Origin: Ophelia neglecta
Taxonomy: Eukaryota
Reading direction: 5' to 3'
DNA length: 64,000 nucleotides
Assembly: GCA_965285935.1 (NCBI GenBank)
Contig: OZ260661.1
Span: 66,154,001 to 66,218,000 of the forward strand
Numbering within the stretch: the first letter of the stretch is position 1; each line of letters begins with the position of its first letter. Of this stretch, positions 24,835-36,800 are shown piece by piece. Below the pieces are notes generated by a model. It was not told the origin of the DNA, did no database searches, and was given only the letters and a program-made list of their open reading frames with translations. Both the position numbers and the translations under genes were made by a program.

Positions 24835-27800
24835 TTACTTCCTCTTTCTAATACATGTTGAGATTGGCGTAATGGGGTCGCACATGCGCGCTACGCCGCT
24901 TCGTCCTTTGTGTATAGTCTGACAACACAACTTCTGTTTTCCGTCGGCAGTGCGTGCTCTGCAGTCGTCATCAGACTCACAGTGGCTGCCTGAAAAATCC
25001 AAAAAAGTGCCCAAATATATTTAAAAAGCCCACTAGGCAAATAGCCATCGAACCAACAGAGGAAATAGTTGAGCATTTAAAATCTCTAGCAAATCGATCC
25101 AAATGGATTCTTACCGATTCCCCCCTTTTCATAGGGACGTCTTCTTTTGCCGCCTTCCTCCTCGGCCTCGTCGTCTGGCCTGGGAATACAGTATTTCTCT
25201 CCACCACGTCCCAGGGAAGCACATTTGTTGCTACCGTCACAATCGGCTCCAGTGGAACAGGGCTGAAGATCCTTCTCCTTTACACAGAAACCGGGTATTG
25301 CAGGATTCTCTCCTGCAAACAAAATTAGGAGTGGATTTATTTTAAAAAGCTCAGTTTATTTACATGGATTGATCAAACACGTCATGCGTGTGGTAGATAA
25401 AGAACCCAACAAACATGGTGTTATACCATCATGGAGGTTTATCCTGTTCAACTCAATTATCGCCCTCAAACTACAAAATCCATCTTCCTAATCGTTATCG
25501 AATTTACACACTCAACTTGCTTGGACTATTTTGTGCAACTGGGCAGAATCGCTCTAGATATCAGCCACAACGATAAAGTCATGTGTTGGATAAAAAGTGA
25601 CTCGACGTTTGAGCGATTAGACCCAATAGTATAGTATACTAGATTCTCGGCGCCGATCTTTGAGACAAAAGATAAAATAGGAAGTCTATCTATGGGGAGT
25701 TAAAAGAAAGATTATTGTATATTTATTCCTGAGAATGATCGTATGAAAAGAAATTAAACTAACCGAAAGATTCAATGAAGTATAGGTGCAAAAAATGTTA
25801 AAATTGTTTTAATAAAAGGGTGATGAAAGGTAAAGAAATGGGTGGTATGCATTAAAGTGGTGCGTAAGGTGATAGTAACAATGGAAAATAAAGTATTGCA
25901 ATGGTGCCTTCAAAGAACTAAAGCCTTAGAAACGAAAACAAACCACCGGCTTGAGCAGAAACACGATGGATGGCAAGTGCTGAAAGAGACATTCCGCAAT
26001 CAGATGGATGCATTGATCTATACGGCGTTCTTAATGAACACAATTAGATCAACCAAGCGAGAAGAACATGATAAAGGTTTGACCGTTTCTATGGGGATTA
26101 AGGAAACTAGGGGCTATGGTAACTGTCAAGTGTAGATATAAATTCAGCACCACGTGATCAAGCCTAAAAAATTCTACCCTATAATATAAAAAGACGATCA
26201 TCGTAAGAATCATGAAGACACACAGGCATGGTTATATGCTACGATTCTATATTTTGAAGCTATACCAAAGAGTGACAATATAATTACTAAGTTCTATTGA
26301 CAATGACTGACCTGGCGGAGTCCCCTTGCGCACTGTGAAATGGAAAAGAAACCTTTGCAGTCCGCAATAGAACAAGCACTTATGATGAAAAATGTGCTGA
26401 AGGGACGGCTCAGTCACAATTAAATTGTTGAAATGTATAATTACGAAGCTTGTAAATAAAGAACTGCAACATGCACCATGCCGCAAGGGTATCGTAGCAA
26501 AAGCATACATTGATATGGTTGTGACACTTGCAAGAGCATGACAATTGATAATGTTGGCATTGTCCGAATTAAGCATGAATTTTCAAAAGGAAAGTCAAAA
26601 AGTGACGATGCACCTAGACCTAAAACCCAACCCAGTTTTATTGTACCTACTTTCGTCTACTTCTTTATTGGTAAATGAGGCACCTGAAGTAATTGGTTCA
26701 TATTATACTTTCGAGTTTGATTTCTAAAATATTCATTAGACTTCTAGAGCTGATGTGGATAATATGTATTCATTATTGACCCCTGCTTCATTAAACTTCA
26801 AGTTCATATTAGCGAAATTTATTAAACGCAATCATGAAGACATCATCCATGAATTTTTCCCGGTATCAACTTCTATCCAGGCCTAATTTATATTCATGTT
26901 AGTCCCTCTTGTGTAAACAATGAAGATAGAAGTCCCACGGATTTCGACGAAATGGCGATTTCAAAATCATCCGAGGAGAATCTTTCTCCATCTTGTCGAA
27001 ATAGAAGTCATATTATCGGGGTCATATTGCTAGCAAAGAATGAAGAAAATCCCTATTTCAATTATCAATTCAAAATATTTGCCATTAGAGATTCCGATCT
27101 GCTGTCTCTTGGACGGATTATACCATCATTCCCCGAGGGACACGTACTGAATAACTACACAACATCATGCGAGATGCAGAGAAATAGAACCTACCGAAGT
27201 AGTCGTCGAACGCAGCGCACACAAATCCTTTACAGCATTGTCCCGTACTGAAGCATTTGCCACCAGATCCCGTACACTGTAAAAATAATTGAACATATAT
27301 ACATAACCGCCAGTGAATAATTCATACGGACTATAGGAAAATACATAAAACTATATAGCGCTAGAATTTTCAAGGTTTATTCATAGTTTACGGTCTGTTT
27401 TACAAAAGGAGTTTAGGAGTAACTAATGCACAGATCAAGCCGGGATGAATGCATGCACTTCAAAATGGTGGTTTGTGCACCAAGACATAGGCCTATACAA
27501 TTCAAGACACATAAAAGCCATTGCCATTCAGAAAGTTCACTTGAAATTAGCCTATTTTATGAAATATGAAGGATGTTGATCGTTAAATCGTACATCGCCT
27601 GCGAGGCGTAATGAAAATGACTATATTCACGTAGACCGGGTGGATTTAATGACTTTATGGGTTTATTTGTTCATTACATGTATGTAACATAGGGAGTAGA
27701 ATCTAAAATATCAGATTATATGACCTAAAAAGATCACTCCCCCCGGACAAGCTAATTTATCGGTGAAGATCTGATAGATACGAAGGAACACAATCAGCTC

Positions 27801-30800
27801 TCAAATATTGATTTCATCGATTACAGGGCTTCATTGCACAGAGCTACTGCGGGAGCTCTGCGGAGAGAAGTCGCCGAAGAGTGCGGCTATTCCCTCGCAC
27901 AATTATGCAGTGAGGGCAATCGTCCTATTGAACTGGTCAGGGACAAAACGGCCACATTTAGTGATAACCTAAAGATGGCAGCCGAACTATATGGGTTGTC
28001 GTCTTTCTATGCAGTCTTGACTTTATTTACATTGACCTCCCATTTGTCCTGTTGATGAATTTCAAGCGTTCCCAAATATGTGCTCGCTAGATTGTAGCCC
28101 TTCGAGCACTTTCCTTTGAGCAGACGACAATTGGTAAACTCAATTTGCCCGACACGATATCACGGGAATATTCGGTGTGGGAATACCAAGGCCCATTAGC
28201 TTTCCAACAGCTGATCATTTGGAGGAGCGGATTGCGATAGATCACTTAGAATACGAGTCATCCTTGAGATGAATACAGCCAGCATCCAATTAAGTATTTG
28301 AATTCATCCTCGATCAATACACCTTGCAGGCACCAAAACGATAGATCCGGAGATATTTTCAGATATCTTGGGGAAGAAAGTCCAAATAAGTTTTTCTAAT
28401 CAACCTTAGACACGAAGAGGCGTCGAGTGTTGTTTTTTGCGGACAAGGAAAAAAAGAGGGACAGCTATGGCGAGATCGAAAATTCTGATACAGGCTTTCC
28501 TAAAATGAATAATGACTAACTCGGGAATTGAATCTTTTGCAAAGCACGCAAAGGGTTCTTTTTATATAAACAAGTGTATGCAATGGAGACATAAATACCA
28601 TGCAAAACTTCAGAATCGATCATTTTTACACAAAAGTGCAAACATAATATATATTATACAATTTTGGGTTTTTTATTATTGTCACAATTGAACAAAGGAA
28701 AGTCAAAAGCTATTTGAAGTTGAATCTATCATCCAGAGCAGCTGATCACATCAGTACCGTTATGGGACTATTAGAGGCGAGACTGTCGTTTGTCAGACAT
28801 CTGCTCTGACGTCACATGACCAATTTGGGCGCCTTCAAGGATTGCCGGATGCCATTCGAGGATGATAATGTTCAATGAAACTTATCTATCGAAGGAATCT
28901 GCTGATATTTCCTCCGAACACAAATGTTAATCTAAGATGCTCTGTGAGAGAAGTGTCCTAGTTATGAGCTCCGTTAGAAGGGTCTATGTCATGGGATCGA
29001 CCAGAAAGTGATCTCTTGAGAATGTGTTATGTTGAGTCAAGAAGGGGCCTAGCCAGACGACACCAGAACATTAGATGGCTGGCTGATTTTGGCTTCATAT
29101 ATATATAAGGCCTATCCCAGTTCGGGATTGAGCATCGGATGGAAATGCAGAGTCCACGGCCTGGCCATCCGTAATGTTGAAACCACTCACGCACGAACTA
29201 TACCCGTGTCGTTTCCGCCAATTTTGTAAATTCGTCACTGATTCGTATATTGATGATTGCGCGCGTTGTAAAGTCAATAAATTATCTCTTAAAGTTGACG
29301 TGTAGAACGTCAGCAATGGTGACTAGATAGTCCATTCGGCCGCTGAATACTACAACGCTCTCACTACAGTTAAGAGTATAGATATATAGCAGAAATTTTA
29401 AAACAATAAACGCAGGGTCAAATCGACTTAAATATTACCTATAGTTAATAAACCTCATTTAGGGCCTACCTTGGATCAGAGATTAACAATTACACAATTA
29501 TCAATCATATCAAAGCTGGCCATTAAATATACTTAATGAATGATTAATACAGTTATTTGGGATGTTGTGTGGAAATATCAAGGAGATAATAGATATGTTT
29601 AATTCAGGTTAATATTGATCACGTATAGGATCATGCGGGAGCTCCTTTGACAAATAGATAAGTACGGTCTTCTGCCTTGACAAGCCGATTCACGAGGACC
29701 TACCATTTGTTTCGATTTTCACCACGGCTCATGTGTGGCAGGGAAACCAAGTGACGCTAAGTTTTGCCCATTTATAAGTCAACCGTTAAAATAGTTATAG
29801 ATTTATTCACGAATAAGGGAGTACACCTTTTTTTCGTGCCCTGACGACCAAATGTCAAAATAGTGATAAACGTTTAAATGGTAGCTCGCTTCGTTTTCGT
29901 TCACTAACATATCGGGGAGATTTAAGGGGAAGACAATACCAATCGTAGGACTATTAAACAGTTCACTTTAAGGCTATCTGTCCATTTCACACGTCTTGAT
30001 TGACAGGTACAACAGTCTGTCCACCTTTCTTGTATACTGCCCGAACCCAATACTGAGTGATTGGTGACAAACAGCTATAAAGAACCCGGATTGTCTTAGG
30101 GCAGGTCGTTTGATGGTTAGGCTGAGGTATGGAGACGTCTGTCTAGGGTTAAATCGTAGGAACGGACGGCCATACTCCCTGTGTCAGCAAAGACCGGAAG
30201 ATGACTTTGATATTTTACTGAGATGCTTTGTTCTTGAACAGTACAGATATTTGTAAGGCAACACCTTAAAGACTTATATTCTATATTTTTGGGCCTCACC
30301 TGATTTAGACTCTTTAACTAGCTATCAGAGCAACCATGGTGGTAGGCCGGAAGGTGCTACGATTGCATGTTCTGTACAAACCTTATTGCGCAAAAATATC
30401 AAGTTTTAAACTTGTTTTACTAGACACTAAACGGCTGGAACGAGCGATTTGGGGGAAAATACATTCCCGGCCTTAGACATTGCCCGAGGAAACAATTCTC
30501 GGAGAAAATTATTCCGGAAGGGAACATATTTCTTAAAAGATGCGACTCATAATATCGACTGTCAAGACTTGAAAGAAGCCATCTTTGAAGAAAGCGTTAT
30601 GTGGAGGAATTAAGGCATTCTGCAATGAACAAATTCCTGGGGGGGGGCTCCTTTAGAAAACTATTCCGTCATGGAATGGAAAGATTCACGAAAATAACCG
30701 TTCCCGAAATGAGTGATTCCAAGCGGACGTGATTCCTGGAGGACGTGTCTCTTCCAGGAAGTGATTCCTGGAGGAAGCGATTGTTTGGGCAAGGAATTAT

Positions 30801-33800
30801 TTGGTAAATAATGTGCTTGCACGATATAGCAAAGTACCACTCCCACCCCCACCTCTCGCCCTTTTCTTTTGAATCCCCCGACCCTCAGGAGATTACCCCT
30901 CATTTCATCTGTCAACTAACCCCACCCCTACCCCCAGCCCTTGTGTTACTTTCTCACCGGCCAGCCATTTATTAGAAATGCACGGCAACAGGTTGAATTA
31001 AAGTGATGGAGGTAAATGTATTTTTTCTCTCCAGTATAGGCACATTTAGAGACTTGATACTGCCAGAACTGGAACGTCTGCATTTGTACTAATAGGGTCT
31101 TCATATAATGGCCCTTGTGACCTTAAAGGGCCCTGTTGTTGTCATGTTGAAGGCGATGACAGGGTCATAAATGGAAATTCGAGGACATCGCTGATGTGTA
31201 TCGATTATTAGAATAACAGTACCAAGAAAAGAATAAGAGTCTACACTACTAGCAGACGCATCCATGGCCAATAAACGATGTAACAATTGGAATAGACAAA
31301 CTCGTTACTTGCTGAAGTAGACCTATGTTGCCATATAAAACTTGTCAATAAACAGATATATATTTATACGCCTGTCATTTATGGTTTAATATTAAAACCT
31401 ATTTGGGTGCTCTGGTTTTTTGTCAAATAAGTTCCTTATTTGATGTTTCATTGGCTAGTATTGCCTTATATAAAAGCCCGAGTATTTAATTATGATAGTA
31501 AACTCGCATAGAGCGAGGAAGGGAAACACTGCATGTTTATTCACACACCAAGGTCATGTATGCTGAACAAAATAAATGAATTCTCATGAAAAAAACTGCC
31601 AACCTTACCCTTGAATATTGTCATTGGTCCTAAGATGGATGGCACTAACTAGCAATTTTAACACTTGTCCGACAAGGCCGTGATTGATTAACATAACTAG
31701 AGCCAATTTGTGCGGACCAGTCGTCCGTTGAGTGTAAACTGAGCACGTGACAAGCCCGCCTCTCATCGCCGATCCGATTCATCGTCCGACACTCCTGTCC
31801 TTCCCTTCACGCTGATGGTCGCCTAGCCCAGACAACTTGTTAGCTACCCTGTTATATCGGGTAATTTTTAGCTATTGAAATTCAAAGGGCCGAGTAAATG
31901 GAGAAGCAAATTGCATGGCTTCCGGGCTAATGAGGTAAGAGATTCCAACGCGGAAAGATTTCATTATTGTAGTTGGGATTGGGTTGGCCATGCCAGTATC
32001 GATCCAGGCAGTAACAAACAGGAAGTTGGCGTGCACACACAACGCTAACCCCACTCGTAGAACTGGAGTATTCGTGTAATTTTCGGAAGTGTCTTTTTTA
32101 CGTAAATCCGATATTATCACATCCGACTGAAGGAGGTAATATGCCCTACTACGCAAATGCCGGTCTGAGATTCGCGGCGAATTTGACAACTTTCTGACGT
32201 ATTTCATCAGCGTCCTGCTTTCAGAGCACGTCTGCTAGGTTGAGCATAGGCCTAGTACAAATCATTGAGTGATCGGCTAATTTGTCTCCGTCGGTGAGAT
32301 GAAGAGCGAATTGTCCTTAGAATATATTGAGGGAAAAAAATCATAATTGCCTTTCATACTTGTAAGGCAATTATCAATAGTCCACATGAAATTAACGTAC
32401 TTTTGGTAAATTACAACAGAGAGCTTTAATGATCGGAAAGTCAACTTCATTCAGGGCACACATAGGCACAAGTCGCAATTTCCTCTGATTTATAGGTTCG
32501 TAAACTCCACAATATATAAAATATTTTATATATATAAAGATAAGTTACTGCATATTGAATCACGATATTCGTGTACAAGCTCAATTATGTGTCCTTACTT
32601 AATACATCCGGGAAATGATTACATTATATAATAATACAGCCTCCCCTCATTTTCATCCTACAAGGCCAGATGAATTCAAGTCCCAACAGAAAATTGTATC
32701 GCTTTATAGTGATCTTAACGAGGCAAGACCACCGATTGGTATACCGAATATATGTGTGTGTGTCTGCTGTTATGACAAAAATTGCTGTGGCTTTATGCTT
32801 GACACGAATCCCAATAATTGTAAAAATAACCCTGGTATGTTGAACTGTCCTTGATAACAGTGTTCATGTTTAACACAATACTTCTATCATAGTCACCTTA
32901 GTTTCCTTGTAATGTTTTCCCAATCAAGGGTCAACCATTCAGGCTTAGAAAACACAATAAATTTTCAAAAATTTAAAAGGAATATTTCCCAATGGAATTT
33001 AAGCTTTTACTATTTATTCTTCAACACATATAAACGATTCGCTGATCATTTTTCTAGTAAATAATAATATTTAGACATCTAGATGCCTTTCTTGGCGACG
33101 CAGTGGTAGTATATAATATTAGATAAACTCGGTCCAGCAAGAAACCAGACAAAGCAAGTTTAAATACAAACTATGACACTGCACTGATGACATCGCTGAT
33201 GTTATAATTTTCATATTTTAGTTCACGTTGTTTTATTCCCCTGTTTCCCAATTTTTAAACCATTGCAACTATTAAATATTGGGTCTACTCCTCATCAGTC
33301 CTGTAACAGAGGAAATGTTCAACAGGAAATGTTCAACAGGAAATTTGCTATTACAGGTTTCAAAATGTTAAATGCTAATATTTTCCTACTCGCGATCATT
33401 CCTGAGTTAGAGATTTGTTTTCAGCCTTTTCCCAGCTGACACAAGTGATTTCTCACGACTTTTAAACTAACTAAGGCAGATTTCAGACGAAGCAACTCAT
33501 ATTGTTAGCGCGCGGAAATGTCACGAGCCGTCTTTATAGGTAATCTACAGCCTGTAAAATATGTCTTATTTTCTTTTCTACATATAATAACTCCTTAAGT
33601 TCGAAAAAATAGGTTTACCATATGCATTAACATTGCGTTTGTTCTTAAAATCAATCTGTGTTACAATCATATGCCAAGATGGCCAGGCCTTGGGGAGTGG
33701 GAGCAGCACTTGTAACTCCTAATAAGGAGATGCTCGAGACAGGGCAAAATTGCAATGAGAGTGGAGAAATAACGCTATAAAGATAACCATAACAGTTTAA

Positions 33801-36800
33801 CTCCCAAATTACTGAGATTATCTTACTTTTAGAAGAGCAATGCAAGAAATAATCTTTTATAACAAGAAAAAATGAGCTTTCAATTCTTGTTAGATTAAAA
33901 AAAAAAAATTTGGACAAGAATATTTTCTTACTCCTACTCTACTATATACAAAATTAGGGGAACAGATTAAAAAAATCTTAAATATTTCGCTTCTTAATAG
34001 TTTTTTTTCCTATAAATCTTGTTACAAGAATTTTCGCCGCAATGCTCTCCTAGAAAAGATTTCTTGACGTACAAAAAAAACTTGAGACGACTTTTTCTTG
34101 CATCAAGAGGAAAAAAATCTGTCTTCCTTTTTTTCACCAGAAACATTTTCTTAACTGCTTTTCTAGAATGAATTAATGCTTTAAGGAGTGTACTGAATAC
34201 TTATGGACGAAGACTAATTGTCATTTCACTTCACTAGCTGAAGTATCCGATTCATATTATGCATCAATAAAAAAATTACACAGATGTTAGCCTAAACCAC
34301 AATAAGGATTTGTACTTCAATGGGACAAGGTTTACTTCGGAAAGACGATTTGTGAACTTCTTTGAAGGTATGTGTATATGTTGGAGCTGTGGTAGGCCTA
34401 TTAGCCAGATAAATTGCATGTTGTCAAAAATCGACCGAGAACCATTCATTAATGGTCTTTTACTTAGCGAAGACCTAGATGTATATATAAGTCTATATAT
34501 TTACGAAACTAATTCCATCGATCAAGTTGAAATGTATTGTTGTGACGCAAAGTGCCAACGATCGTTCTATTGACAAGGCCCGAAGCCAGGGCAGTTCCTG
34601 AGTCGAATTTGCCCAATACCCAGTAAATGTATTTATATAACTCAATCTTTGTGGCCAATGATAAGAGTAAATGTTTATCGAATTATTGTGGTGTTATCCG
34701 AAGGCAAAATATTTATACATCCAAGAAACTGCCAATGCCCTTTGTCGCAGGATTAAATGATTTCCTTTAGGCAATTACTTTCAAATGGTGTCAAAGAAAT
34801 GTCGAACCCAAGGATTAATGTCCACGTGACCTCAAGTCATCTGCAAAATTACTGAAACCTATATATATATTAAGGACATATTACTCATTGTGCACATATA
34901 AGCTACCATTAGTACACAATGTGTCTATCGATGCAGAAACGCTATTCCTGGCCAAAGTTATAATTTTGCCTCGAAGACCCGCCCCGAGAAGAAGCCCCAG
35001 GACCAAAGGGCGGAATTATCTGGCAGGTTAGAGTCGTTCATCTTACAAGCAATGTCTAAATTCTCTTCAACTCCTACCAAATTGCCAATCTCGGTGTAAA
35101 GGCAATCACCTAAATTCAATAAACCATGGGTACTTTTTATTACTATCCCGAAAAGAAGCCGTTGGATTACTCTGACATTTTTAAATTGACACTTCAATAC
35201 GGGCACCAAATGGGAACAAAATAGAACCAAGTCCATATATTCCAAGTCTCCAAATTACTTTTCACAACACTGATAAAAAATCTATACAACATCTGATTTA
35301 TGCTAAGAAAGATTATTTAAAATTATTAAGAAAGGTGGTACAAACCACCAACCACCCCTGGAAACGGTTTGTGATACCTTCGTTTTTTATGAAGTCCCAA
35401 GCCCTGCCTGTAGATTATTGCTACGGTTTTTAAGGGGGAGTATTGGGGAAGCTTACCCTGCTCCCATACCCTTATCTACTACGCAACAAGGGGGAATAAT
35501 TGGCACTAGGCAATGTCAACAGTGTGGGGAATGCTTTGATTAAAAGAAAAACCTTTAATCGCCTCGCGGAATTCGCTAAACTACATTTTAGCTGCAGACG
35601 TCGGCAGTTGTGTGATTATTAGAACTAGACCATCACCTAAATATCAAGGTATGATGGTAACGCGCAGATCGCGTGGCTTGATTATGTGTTCCGCGTTACC
35701 AACATAGCCTAATATTTTTGGTGACCCACGGCGGCTTTAAGTGCATATCTCTTTTATTGAAACCGGTATGTTGTTCCAGGAATGCCATACCTAACATTTG
35801 CGGAAAATTGCACGTTTCGTAGCTGGCTATAAACATCTGAATTCAGATGGCATTTCGGAGCATCATTTATGCGACGGCCATTTTGCCTGTTGGTAATGGG
35901 CGTTACCCACCGCCGATGAAGCAGTGTGTTATTGATATAGCCATAATTTCCATTTGGTACTTTGGAATTGCTCCAGGATTATTAATGAAGCTGGAAGCAT
36001 GGGGGAATAATGATCATCAAGTTTTCCAATAAAAAAAAGAGTCTCAAATATTTGTTATAATATCAAATATGTAACAGGTAGCATTAGTGCGGTAAAATAT
36101 GTAAATAACAAATGTGGATTTCCCGCAGTAACGTAGCTATCAGTATAATCGCTGTCGATTTACACTTTATAAGAAAGGCTGCTACTCAACTATATTGGGG
36201 AGTTCCATTAGGGAATTTAATCCACACTCCAAGTTTTGTTAGTAGGAAACTCAACCCCCTCCGGTAAACGTGTGAAATAATGAACTCGATTGCCCAGGAT
36301 ATAACCGCTCAGTGGCGTAGGAAGCGGGGGGGCCATCATATGTTTTGCCCCCCCCCCCCACTTTTTAATAATGACCTTTTCACTTTTTGCCCTCTCAAAA
36401 TGTGCATGTAATGCAGCAGTGGTCAGAAGCGTCTTTCCTCAGTTGACTTAACCATAATCATATTGTTACCTGTGGACAGGATATTAACAAACCCATTACA
36501 CAGCCAATAATTGAATTTATTCAATGTTTTTTGACATGAAAAGATCAAGGTACAGTGGCTTAGGAAGCGGGGGTGGGGGGTGGGGGGTGGGGGGCTCATA
36601 ATATGTTTTGGCCCCCCACTGTTTATGCCGCCGATGTAAAGTTGGCCCCTTCACTTTGATTTTCCTTCCTACGCCTCTGCCGCTCCATGGAATTGTTATC
36701 TCGAAGGGGTAAAAATCGCTCCTTTTAGAATGTTATTTTGCTTGACTCATTTCATGTTTACCAGTTTGTAATAATAGAATGTTATTTTGCCTGACTTATT

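Noticed and set aside
27834-28055. Nudix box-like REVAEECGY
   Set aside because: The upstream Gx5E part is missing, the frame is short, and no supporting exons were found.
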